A DNA stretch of 64,000 nucleotides from Clostridia bacterium. Its GTDB lineage: Bacteria; Bacillota; Clostridia; Christensenellales; QALW01. The translations under genes and the position numbers were made by a program. Under the pieces are notes generated by a model. The model ran no database searches. It was not told where the DNA came from and saw only the letters and a list, made by a program, of their open reading frames with translations. The stretch spans positions 433 through 64,432 of the forward strand of contig JAZRXI010000008.1 of NCBI GenBank assembly GCA_045600145.1, given 5' to 3'. Positions 9,984 to 20,592 of the stretch are shown here, in pieces (position 1 is the first letter of the stretch; the number at the start of each line of letters is the position of its first letter).

Positions 9984-10280
9984 ATCCAAACCGGGAGCTT
10001 GGATATAACAATTTGTGTGCATGGCAGAAAGCCTCTTACCATACGATATCAGATGCTGTTCGTGGCTTCAAATACGGGATATGAAAAATGAAGATGTTTC
10101 ATGAGTGAAGACATGAAATGAAAAAATGAGATTTATTGACGACGTTACTACATCAGGTGCAAAGCGTCGTCTTCATCAACGAGCGACCTCATTTTGATGT
10201 AAGTAGAAACATCGTTTACTTGTGCAGTTATGCAGTATACCGTATGTCTTATGAAAGTTTTTATGAAAGGAACATACAAA

Positions 10281-11072
10281 ATGGACGATTCCGGCAGAAT
10301 AAAAAAACTCGTGCAGTTTATCGGAGAATCGGAGAAAATCGTCTTTTTCGGCGGAGCGGGCGTTTCGACGGAAAGCGGTGTGCCAGATTTCAGAAGTAAG
10401 GATGGCTTATACAACACTCATGATGTGCGGTTTGACAAGTATCGTCCCGAATATCTTTTGAGTCACACTTGTCTCGAAAAAGAGCCGGAGGTGTTCTTTG
10501 AGTTCTATCGGCAGAAAATGGATGCAAGGAGCGCGAAACCGAATCAGGCACATATATTTCTTGCGGAGCTTGAGACCGAAAAAAAACTCGATGCCGTAAT
10601 CACGCAGAATATAGACGGGCTCCACACCGATGCGGGAAGTAAAAACGTATTTGAGATACACGGCTCTACGCGGCGAAACTACTGTTCGCGATGCGGCAAG
10701 AAATATCCTGCCGATCACATTTATGAATCAAAAGAGAAAGTTCCTCATTGTGATTGCGGAGGCATCGTTCGCTGTGATGTTACGCTTTATGAGGAAAGTC
10801 TGCCGGAGGATGCCGTTGAGGGCGCGATAAAGGCGATATCAAAGGCGGATATGTTGATTATCGGCGGCACGTCGCTAACCGTTTATCCGGCTGCATCGTA
10901 TGTGCGTTATTTCCGGGGAAAGCATCTTGTGATAATTAATAAGGAGCATCTCGATTATCCGCTTGACCGGGAAAACGATGTTGAAATAAATCTTCCGATA
11001 GGCGAGGTGTTTTTGCGGTGTAAAACGGAAAAAAATTCCGACGCTGCAAAAATACTTGATAATAATCGGTAA
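10281..11072 (+). CDS. cobB: NAD-dependent protein deacylase (Sir2 family)
   Basis: GAGVSTESGVPDFRS, QNIDGLH, zinc ribbon CSRCGKKY...HCDCGG; start chosen at MDDSGRIKK. Confidence 0.9.
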   Translation: MDDSGRIKKLVQFIGESEKIVFFGGAGVSTESGVPDFRSKDGLYNTHDVRFDKYRPEYLLSHTCLEKEPEVFFEFYRQKMDARSAKPNQAHIFLAELETEKKLDAVITQNIDGLHTDAGSKNVFEIHGSTRRNYCSRCGKKYPADHIYESKEKVPHCDCGGIVRCDVTLYEESLPEDAVEGAIKAISKADMLIIGGTSLTVYPAASYVRYFRGKHLVIINKEHLDYPLDRENDVEINLPIGEVFLRCKTEKNSDAAKILDNNR

Positions 11073-11115
11073 ATATGATAGAATTATATCGAAATATATA
11101 GTAAGGAGAATTTGC

Positions 11116-11568
11116 ATGAAAAAATTACTTATAGCTTTACTCGCTTTGACTGTTGCATTTTCGGTTTCGGCATGCGGCAAAAAGCCCGAAACAGATGGCA
11201 AAAATGATTCACAACCGACTGCAACGGCGACAGCGACCGATGCGGGATTCAACGGCGAAGAGGATGTTTTTGATACGGATGATAATGATGAAAGCGATAA
11301 CGGTGAGACCGAAAACAAAAATAATAATGAGCCAGGCAAAGACAAAAATGCGGAAAATGATAAAGACAACGGCAATAACGGCAAAGACAGCGGAAAAGAT
11401 GACGAAAACAATGAGAAAGGTTCCGGTCAAAGCACGTCTGCACCAACGTCTGCACCGGGGGATAACGACAATCGGTCTGCAACGACACCGGACGGCAACG
11501 AGGGTGGCCCAACGCCAACGCCGACCCCTGACAGAAATGCGATAACGCTCCCTATAGTTGAGTTTTAA
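11116..11568 (+). CDS. lipoprotein with low-complexity D/N/E/G/K-rich body
   Basis: MKKLLIALLALTVAFSVSAC lipobox; remainder compositionally biased. Confidence 0.7.
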   Translation: MKKLLIALLALTVAFSVSACGKKPETDGKNDSQPTATATATDAGFNGEEDVFDTDDNDESDNGETENKNNNEPGKDKNAENDKDNGNNGKDSGKDDENNEKGSGQSTSAPTSAPGDNDNRSATTPDGNEGGPTPTPTPDRNAITLPIVEF

Positions 11569-11582
11569 GAAAACGTAAAACA

Positions 11583-11630
11583 AACAGCCCGAAAACATGC
11601 GAAAAGTGTGCTTGCGGGCTGTTGCTTTTT
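11583..11630 (+). terminator. intrinsic terminator
   Basis: AACAGCCCG-N23-CGGGCTGTT then GCTTTTT. Confidence 0.65.
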
Positions 11631-11658
11631 GAAATTTTCGAGGCTGAACAAATAACCG

Positions 11659-11991
11659 TTATTTTCGCATTATTACTTTTGCGGCACAGATGATATCCGT
11701 TATTATGCAGAGCTCTTTGTCCGTGCAGTCACTGAGCAAGTCGCTTATTTTGCTTCTTGATATGTAAGCGTTTTTGTTTATGCTGTCGTACATAAGCTCG
11801 TCGATAGATACTTCAAGCGCGTTGGCTATGCTCACAAGCGTTTGAAGGCTCAGCTTCGTTGCTGCGCGCTCAATATGCGAGATGTTCGAGGGCTCTATTC
11901 CGGATGATTCGGCAAGCTGTGCCTGCGTCCAGCCTTTGACTTTTCTGATTTCTCTGATCCTTTGTCCTAATGCGTCATAATTCAAATTCAT
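11659..11991 (-). CDS. XRE-family helix-turn-helix transcriptional regulator
   Basis: MNLNYDALGQRIREIRKVKGWTQAQLAESSGIEPSNISHIERAATKLSLQTL; start at the Met matching the HTH N-terminus. Confidence 0.8.
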   Translation of the reverse strand: MNLNYDALGQRIREIRKVKGWTQAQLAESSGIEPSNISHIERAATKLSLQTLVSIANALEVSIDELMYDSINKNAYISRSKISDLLSDCTDKELCIITDIICAAKVIMRK

Positions 11992-12026
11992 AATAAACCT
12001 CACAGTGTTTATACTAAAATTATTGT

Positions 12027-12075
12027 ATATCCGAAAAGGATATGGTAAAATAACGTAGATATCCCAATAGGATAT
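12027..12075. promoter_or_regulatory. two copies of a 17-bp palindromic operator ATATCC-N5-GGATAT
   Basis: ATATCCGAAAAGGATAT (12027-12043) and ATATCCCAATAGGATAT (12059-12075), centres 32 bp apart; the second abuts TATAAT 12075-12080. Confidence 0.65.
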
Positions 12076-12092
12076 ATAATACACTCAAGGGA

Positions 12093-12545
12093 ATGAATTT
12101 TATGATATGTGCGCTTTTCGGGAATAATACTTATGGTGCTTTGCATGGGATTTTGACGGAGAAAGTCGAGCAGTTGATCCTTTTTGAAAAGTATGATACA
12201 TTTTTGATAGGGGATAACCGCAGATTCGATGTGACGGCAAAAAAAGTGCTTGAAGAGCTGAAAGCGAAATACCACATACAGTATTACAAGGTCAGTACGT
12301 CGGCAAAGCCGCAAAGGATACAAAAGGAGGTCATATATCCGGTTGCCGCGGACTGCACATCCAAAAATCTTGCTGCATCGCTGTGCGATAGGTGGATGAT
12401 TGAAAACTCCGATGCCGTACTGACGGTGGGAAAAGGCTATAGGGGAGCACCGCTTATAATGCGTGAGGCTGGAAGAATGAACAAAAGAATATTTGTACTT
12501 GAGATGCCGGCAGATGCTTTTTCTTCCGATTCCGTCATTAGGTGA
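12093..12545 (+). CDS. hypothetical protein, possibly SLOG/DUF1273 (YpsA-like) fold
   Basis: 150-aa ORF; ICALFGNN..., FLIGDNRRFDV, ENSDAVLTV resemble the DUF1273 pattern from memory; weak assignment. Confidence 0.35.
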   Translation: MNFMICALFGNNTYGALHGILTEKVEQLILFEKYDTFLIGDNRRFDVTAKKVLEELKAKYHIQYYKVSTSAKPQRIQKEVIYPVAADCTSKNLAASLCDRWMIENSDAVLTVGKGYRGAPLIMREAGRMNKRIFVLEMPADAFSSDSVIR

Positions 12546-12712
12546 TATTAAGTTGCATAATTTTTGCGTTTAACACATAGAATTGTTTATGCGCGGGTGT
12601 GTGACGGAGATGTGAAAAAGCGATAAAATAAAAATTGCTTTACATTGTTTAAATTTTGTAGTAGTATATAATAAATAATTATGCGCAATGCGTAAAACCG
12701 GAGGTTATTCAT

Positions 12713-13063
12713 ATGGCGATAAAAACAACCAATCAGCTCGGAAGTATCACTATCTCGGATACCGTTCTTTCGACTATAGCGGGAATTGCCGCATGTGACT
12801 GTGCGGGTATAGTGGGAATGTCGGCGTCGAATACAGCGGAAGGAATAGCTGAACTTTTGAAGCGTGAAAGCCTTACGAAAGGTATAAAAGTCGTTTCCGA
12901 AGAAGAAAGTGTTAAATTTGAGCTTCACGTTATAATCGAATACGGCGTGTCGATGATAGCCGCCGCACATAATGTCATTGAAGCAGTTAAATATGCCGTT
13001 GAATCTCAGACGGGACTCAAGGTGGAGAATGTAGACGTTCTTATCCAAGGTATAAGAGTGTAA
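12713..13063 (+). CDS. Asp23/Gls24 family envelope stress protein
   Basis: GSITISDTVLSTIAGIAACDCAGIVGM typical Asp23 N-terminus; precedes the DAK2 gene as in yloU-yloV. Confidence 0.85.
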   Translation: MAIKTTNQLGSITISDTVLSTIAGIAACDCAGIVGMSASNTAEGIAELLKRESLTKGIKVVSEEESVKFELHVIIEYGVSMIAAAHNVIEAVKYAVESQTGLKVENVDVLIQGIRV

Positions 13064-13079
13064 GCAGGAAAGGATAATC

Positions 13080-14711
13080 ATGAATTACAAATCCATTGAC
13101 GGCACACTCCTTAAGGAAATGGTCGTAGCCGCCGCGAAAACTCTTGAAGCAAATAAACAGAAGCTTAATGATTTGAATGTATTCCCGGTGCCCGACGGTG
13201 ATACCGGCACAAATATGTCACTTACGATGCAATCGGTACTCAAAGAGGTATCTGCGACAGTATCAAACGAACTTTCGACCGTAGCCAAAGCAATGGCACG
13301 CGGAGCACTGAAGGGTGCACGCGGTAACAGCGGAGTTATTCTGTCACAGATACTGCGCGGCTTTACACGCGAATTCGAAACGCTCGAAGAAGCAGGTACT
13401 GAGGAATTTGCCGAAGCACTTCGTCTTGGTCAGGAAACGGCATATAAAGCTGTTATGAAGCCTAAAGAGGGAACTATACTCACCGTCATTAGACTTATGG
13501 CGGAAAAAACAAAGTACGAAACGAAACGCGAACTTGCCGATTTTGTTGACTACGTGGTCGGGATAGGCGATGATACACTTAAAAAGACGCCTGAAATGCT
13601 TCCGCAACTGAAAAAAGCGGGTGTCGTGGACGCAGGCGGGCAGGGACTTATGATGATTATGCACGCTTTTTGCAGTGTGCTTCACGGAGATGAAATCGAC
13701 CTTGAGCAGGTCGCACTGACCGAGGCAAGTGATTCATTCGTCGCACGCTCGACGGCGGAGGAAGTTGCAGAAATGGACGAAATCCTGTTTGCGTATTGTA
13801 CGGAGTTCTTCATTCAGCAGCTTAAGCCGGAGGTCAATGATAATACCGTCGATGAGCTTCGCAAAAAGCTGGCACGCATAGGAGATTCACTGATAGTTGT
13901 CGGCGACGCGGAGCTTGTAAAGGTGCATGTTCACACGAACAATCCCGGAAAGGCACTTCAATATGCACTTGAGCTCGGCGAGCTGTATAAGGTCAAGATA
14001 GAAAATATGGTACAGCAACACCGTGAACTTGAAGAGGAGAAGACAAAAAACCAAAAGGAAGTAGGAGTAGTTGCGATAGCCTCCGGCAAGGGATTTGAGG
14101 AGGTCTTTGCGGAGCTTGGAGTCGATGCTATCGTTACAGGCGGGCAGACGATGAATCCCAGCACGGAGGATATAGCTGCGGCTGTTAAAAAGGTTTGTGC
14201 GAAATCGGTAATAGTTCTGCCCAATAATTCAAATATAATTCTTGCGGCTGAGCAGGCGAAGGACTTTACTGATAAACAACTGTATGTAGTTCCGACAAAA
14301 ACACTTCCGCAGGGCATAGCCGCCATGCTTACATTTGACCCGGAGAGCAGCGCCGCGGAAAACGCGGAAAATATGAACGAGGGCTTTGGCAACGTGCTCA
14401 GCGGCAGCGTTACTTACGCCGTGCGTGATACCGAGCTGGACGGCAGAGAAATACATGAGGGTAATTTCCTTGGGATCGCCGAGGGGACTATTGCCTGCTG
14501 TGGCGAAGACCTTGAACAAATCACCGAAGAACTTGCCGAAAAGCTTCTTGAAACCAAAAATGAGCTGTTGACCGTTTATTTCGGTGCGGATACCGATGAG
14601 GAACACGCGAATAAAATCGCGGACGCACTGAAAGAAAAATATCCCGATACGGATGTCGAAGTGATAGAGGGCGACCAGCCGGTATACTATTATCTGCTGT
14701 CGGCTGAATAA
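13080..14711 (+). CDS. yloV: DAK2 domain fusion protein YloV
   Basis: 543 aa; VFPVPDGDTGTNM, ARGNSGVILSQ motifs. Confidence 0.85.
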   Translation: MNYKSIDGTLLKEMVVAAAKTLEANKQKLNDLNVFPVPDGDTGTNMSLTMQSVLKEVSATVSNELSTVAKAMARGALKGARGNSGVILSQILRGFTREFETLEEAGTEEFAEALRLGQETAYKAVMKPKEGTILTVIRLMAEKTKYETKRELADFVDYVVGIGDDTLKKTPEMLPQLKKAGVVDAGGQGLMMIMHAFCSVLHGDEIDLEQVALTEASDSFVARSTAEEVAEMDEILFAYCTEFFIQQLKPEVNDNTVDELRKKLARIGDSLIVVGDAELVKVHVHTNNPGKALQYALELGELYKVKIENMVQQHRELEEEKTKNQKEVGVVAIASGKGFEEVFAELGVDAIVTGGQTMNPSTEDIAAAVKKVCAKSVIVLPNNSNIILAAEQAKDFTDKQLYVVPTKTLPQGIAAMLTFDPESSAAENAENMNEGFGNVLSGSVTYAVRDTELDGREIHEGNFLGIAEGTIACCGEDLEQITEELAEKLLETKNELLTVYFGADTDEEHANKIADALKEKYPDTDVEVIEGDQPVYYYLLSAE

Positions 14712-14719
14712 CAACAGGC

Positions 14720-14751
14720 AAAAGCCGGTATGTGTTGTACAACCGGCTTTT
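14720..14751. terminator. bidirectional intrinsic terminator
   Basis: AAAGCCGGT-N12-ACCGGCTTT flanked by A- and T-runs, between convergent genes. Confidence 0.7.
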
Positions 14752-14807
14752 AATATATTCTTATATATTCTTATATGCACATAACAGCATACAATTGATT
14801 TTGCTGC

Positions 14808-15155
14808 CTACATGATGTTGTCAAACCCGAATACGTTGCGTTCGCGGATATGATTGAACATCTCACGTGCAAGCTTTTTCGATTCCATATACTCATCGTA
14901 GTCATACTGTATTTCCACCTGCATCGCCCAAAGATATTGGTTAAGTATATCTATTTCACTATGGTCGACCATAAGCTCGGCGATACTGCTGCGCCTATCC
15001 CATTCATCAGTAAGGGATTTTATATCTTCTGCGGTTTCAGCACTGTCGAGCATTTCAAGCATATCGTTTGTCAAGCGTGTTATATAAGCATCAAAAAAAA
15101 TGGCACCTCCGATAAAAACGGATATTATTACGATAATTATTATCAGGTTCCGCAT
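14808..15155 (-). CDS. DUF4363 family protein
   Basis: 115 aa, N-terminal TM; family recalled from the usual pairing with DUF421. Confidence 0.6.
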   Translation of the reverse strand: MRNLIIIIVIISVFIGGAIFFDAYITRLTNDMLEMLDSAETAEDIKSLTDEWDRRSSIAELMVDHSEIDILNQYLWAMQVEIQYDYDEYMESKKLAREMFNHIRERNVFGFDNIM

Positions 15156-15883
15156 TGTTCCTCCTTTATCAACGGGTCTTTGCCGGAGGCGTGAACATAA
15201 AGCTTGCTTCCGTCATACGTCATGAGCAAAATATCTTTTTCATTTTCCATTCCGAGTTTGCGCATTTTTCCGCGCAACCATTTTTCACTTTTTTGAACAT
15301 AGTCAAGATTGGCTGTTTGAATGGTTCCGTCCATTATGAGCGCGACCGACAATTCGTCCTGCGGCGGAAGAACGGATATATCATTCGGCATACATGTCCT
15401 GTATTGACTTTTCAGTATTACGCTTATTTCGCCGTTGGTTTCGAGGATCGCGTAATAAACTTCCGAAATATCGAAAATATCCTTACTTCTGAGTTGTTCG
15501 GCAAGGTCGTTTATAGTGTAGCGCACCGTGCGTAGGGCTTCTTCAAGTATAACGCCGCGCTCAATGAGGATTTTCGGTTTCCCGCATATGATGTGTCTTG
15601 CTTTTACGGATTTGAGTGAAACGAGTGAGAGTATCAGACCCGAGGCGAGCAGGACGTATATCGGGATTATTCCCCAAAGCAGAGGCGTGTTTATATCCGA
15701 CATGGGCGTGGTCGCAAGGTCGGCGGCGATAAGCGTCAGCGCAAATTCGTACGGCTGCAGCTGGCCGATTTGACGTTTACCAAGTAACCGCATCATTATC
15801 AGCAAGCCGGAAAACAGTATCAGTGTACGCAATATTATGTTTGCCAACTTCGGAACACCTCGCAAAATGAATGTCGGAATCAT
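15143..15883 (-). CDS. DUF421 (YetF-like) membrane protein
   Basis: LLIMMRLLGKRQIGQLQPYEF motif; start uncertain (ORF extends to 15931). Confidence 0.7.
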   Translation of the reverse strand: MIPTFILRGVPKLANIILRTLILFSGLLIMMRLLGKRQIGQLQPYEFALTLIAADLATTPMSDINTPLLWGIIPIYVLLASGLILSLVSLKSVKARHIICGKPKILIERGVILEEALRTVRYTINDLAEQLRSKDIFDISEVYYAILETNGEISVILKSQYRTCMPNDISVLPPQDELSVALIMDGTIQTANLDYVQKSEKWLRGKMRKLGMENEKDILLMTYDGSKLYVHASGKDPLIKEEQCGT

Positions 15884-15983
15884 TATTCCCGCATTTTGAG
15901 AAAAATATAAACAAATTTTGAATATTGACATACTTTTCTGTACAATATCGCTGGAATGTGGTACAATAATATAGAATAAGAAA

Positions 15984-16823
15984 TTGGGGTGGAATGCCTT
16001 GAACGAAAAAGCAAAACGCGGTTTGATTTATATTGTTTCACGTCTGGCTCTTGTTGTTGCCGTAGTAGGCATCATTGTAGGTGCGTTTTTTTCGAGCATG
16101 AAAATGTCGAATATATATTTTCTGCTTAACGATGCGCTAAAAGCGAGACTTGATATAATTTTGCTCGGCAGTGATATTGAAGACAATCAGCGGTTTTTTT
16201 CATATAACTATCTTCAAAACGCCGAATATCAGGACGCAAAAGAAAATTACGGCATATATATAATAACGAACTACGGGCATAAGCTTTCATACGGACATAT
16301 GTTCGTATTTCCGTGGCAGACAAAGAAGACTGTGACTGTGCGTGAGGCTGTTTTCGCCATAAACGGTGAGCTTGATACGGCACAGATGTCAAAAGCGGAT
16401 GCAATGGCGCATGGTGTCTACAATGTGCCGGAGTGGAGCAACAGCGTGTATAAAGTCAAGCTTGTGCTTGTTGACGGCTCGTGGCAGATAGATTCAATAA
16501 TCCGAAAGGGAGATTACGATTATACTCCGCCGGCGACACCTTCGCTTACAAAAGAGGAAATAGATGCGCTGAGAACGCCCACGCCTGAGCCGACGGAAGC
16601 ACCCGCGGTGCAGGAGGGTGAACAGAGTGCAAAAATCAGTACGGCGATTTTCGGTGAAAAAGTGAACGTGCGTGAGGGGCCGATGACGGCTTACGACGTT
16701 GTAGCTGTGCTGAAAGCAGGAGATAAGGTCACTGTAAAGGAAGAAAGTGACGGGTGGTATCTCGTTGAAACCGAGGACGGAATCACGGGATATGTGAGCG
16801 GATATTATATTTTATTTGACTGA
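15984..16823 (+). CDS. membrane-anchored SH3b domain protein
   Basis: TM near the N-terminus; C-terminal VNVREGPMTAYDVVAVLKAGDKVTVKEESDGWYLVETEDGITGYVSGYY; TTG start assumed. Confidence 0.65.
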   Translation: MGWNALNEKAKRGLIYIVSRLALVVAVVGIIVGAFFSSMKMSNIYFLLNDALKARLDIILLGSDIEDNQRFFSYNYLQNAEYQDAKENYGIYIITNYGHKLSYGHMFVFPWQTKKTVTVREAVFAINGELDTAQMSKADAMAHGVYNVPEWSNSVYKVKLVLVDGSWQIDSIIRKGDYDYTPPATPSLTKEEIDALRTPTPEPTEAPAVQEGEQSAKISTAIFGEKVNVREGPMTAYDVVAVLKAGDKVTVKEESDGWYLVETEDGITGYVSGYYILFD

Positions 16824-16836
16824 TAGGTTATAATGA

Positions 16837-18363
16837 ATGAAAAAGAAGCTTGTTATTGACAGTGAAGACGATAAAGTATTTTTTCATATAGTTACGCTGA
16901 TAATTTGTCTAAGCATACTTGCAGCTGTGAGCATAGCTCTGTTTGTTGACTATTTGGTAAGAGCACGTGAGCAGGACGGAATTGCGGAAAGCATAAGCGA
17001 AGCGGAGCAATATAATGAAATCTATTTTTCGGGAAAAATACTTAACGGCGTTATGATTTCGGGATATGATGTCGGCGGCATGAGCGAAGAAGAAGCCAAA
17101 AACTATCTTGCCGGCTGTGTGGACTATAATATAGCGATCCAACAGCTTGTGCTTAAGTACGGTGAAGAAACGTGGGTACTCGGCAGAGACCGTTTTCCGT
17201 TGACGACGGATGTCGAACATGCTGTTTCAAAGGCACTCGGGATAGGGCGGAAGGGGACTGACGAGGAACGCAAGCAGGTATTTGAGAAACTCGACCGAGG
17301 AGAAAAAATAGATATTTCGGCGACGAAGATAAGTGACCCGACGGAGCTAGTCAAGGTGCTTTGCGAAATCAAGGAAAAAACGGATATCGAAAAGAAAAAT
17401 GCAGGCGTGACATTTAAGTACGACGGCGCACCCATGTATACTTATACCGATGAGGTGATAGGCTCAAGCCTTGACGTCAATAAAGCCTACAGCGACATAT
17501 GCGCTTTGCTTGTAAACGATACTCCGATGCTTGAATATACACTTCGTCCCGATGTGGTTGAGCCTGAAATCAAGCGAAGCGATATCGAACATAATTATTC
17601 GCTTGTGGGAAAGTATACGACATGGCTTTCGGCGTCATCTGCTGCGGGAAGAATACAGAATATTACTACGGCGTTGCTCAGCCTTGATGAACGTGTATGG
17701 CTGCCGGGTGAAACGTTTTCATTCAATCAGTGGGTCGGAGCGCGTTCTGAGGAAAAGGGTTACGGGCTCGGAGTGTTCATAAATGAACAGCAACAGTATG
17801 ACCAAACCGTCGGCGGCGGGATATGTCAGGTTTCGACCACGATATACAACTGCGCACTCGTGTGCGGTGCGAATATGCAGGGGCGCAACGCTCCGATAGA
17901 GATAATTGAACGCCGTCCGCACACATGGCCGTCGGAATATATAGACAAAGGACTTGATGCCACTGTAAGCTGGCCGAGCACTGACCTCAAAATGTTCAAT
18001 AACAGTAAAACGCCATATTTTATACATACTTATATCACCCGTTCCGGCGGCAGGATATATGTAAACGTTGAATTTTACGGTACACTGCTGCCGAACGGCG
18101 CAAGCGTGAAGATCGAAACCGAGATAATCGAGGAAGTACCTGCAACGACGGAAACAATAATCGACAGCGAAAATAAATACGGACTTGCCGCAGGACAACA
18201 AAAGGTCGAAAACGGACGCAACGGCTATACCGTAAATGTGTATCAGATATGGTCGGAGCCCGGCAAAGACAGCGTGAAATCACTTATAACCGTTTCCAAA
18301 TACGGAATGATACCGACAAAGGTATACGTCAGTCTGCTCCCGGCGGAAACGGCGGCAGCGTAA
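16837..18363 (+). CDS. VanW family protein
   Basis: GGGICQVSTTIYNCAL VanW core; N-terminal TM; 508 aa. Confidence 0.8.
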   Translation: MKKKLVIDSEDDKVFFHIVTLIICLSILAAVSIALFVDYLVRAREQDGIAESISEAEQYNEIYFSGKILNGVMISGYDVGGMSEEEAKNYLAGCVDYNIAIQQLVLKYGEETWVLGRDRFPLTTDVEHAVSKALGIGRKGTDEERKQVFEKLDRGEKIDISATKISDPTELVKVLCEIKEKTDIEKKNAGVTFKYDGAPMYTYTDEVIGSSLDVNKAYSDICALLVNDTPMLEYTLRPDVVEPEIKRSDIEHNYSLVGKYTTWLSASSAAGRIQNITTALLSLDERVWLPGETFSFNQWVGARSEEKGYGLGVFINEQQQYDQTVGGGICQVSTTIYNCALVCGANMQGRNAPIEIIERRPHTWPSEYIDKGLDATVSWPSTDLKMFNNSKTPYFIHTYITRSGGRIYVNVEFYGTLLPNGASVKIETEIIEEVPATTETIIDSENKYGLAAGQQKVENGRNGYTVNVYQIWSEPGKDSVKSLITVSKYGMIPTKVYVSLLPAETAAA

Positions 18364-18379
18364 AGATATATGTTTTTGG

Positions 18380-18538
18380 TGGGACTTTGGAGTTGCGCTT
18401 AGTGGAAATGCTGTTCAGTGCCCCTTCTTGTAAGCTTTTTTGAACAAAAGCTTGACTAAAGACTTTTATTGCACTTTATGCAGAATAAAAAAGTACAGTG
18501 CCTTATGCTAAAATACAGCTCAGGCACTGTACTTTTTT
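18380..18538 (+). repeat. 3'-UTR-associated modular repeat, copy R3
   Basis: GGGACTTTGGAG.., AGCTTTTTTGAACAAAAGCT (18433-18452), AAAGACTTTTATTGCAC, GTACAGTGCCT-N18-AGGCACTGTAC+T6 (18493-18538). Confidence 0.65.
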
Positions 18539-18552
18539 ATTGAAAAAAGTAC

Positions 18553-18581
18553 TTTACAAATAAAATGATGTATGTTATTAT
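18553..18581 (+). promoter_or_regulatory. putative gyrB promoter
   Basis: TTTACA (18553-18558), 17 nt, TATTAT (18576-18581). Confidence 0.4.
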
Positions 18582-18646
18582 ATATAAAGTTATTATATGT
18601 AATAAAGGGTGTATAGGGCTTACACGGTTCTGCATCCAAAAAGTGA

Positions 18647-20578
<1,932 letters not shown>

Positions 20579-20592
20579 GGGGGCGAGGAAAT

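Noticed and set aside
10875-11598. Four overlapping 89-178-aa ORFs on both strands across the lipoprotein gene.
   Set aside because: They are artefacts of the repetitive GAT/AAT/GAA/AAA-rich coding sequence. Only the frame with a signal peptide and lipobox (11116..11568) has a plausible start and RBS.
14753-14776. The direct repeat TATATTCTTATA x2 after the yloV terminator.
   Set aside because: It is a short AT-rich duplication in an intergenic region, with no associated feature or pattern.
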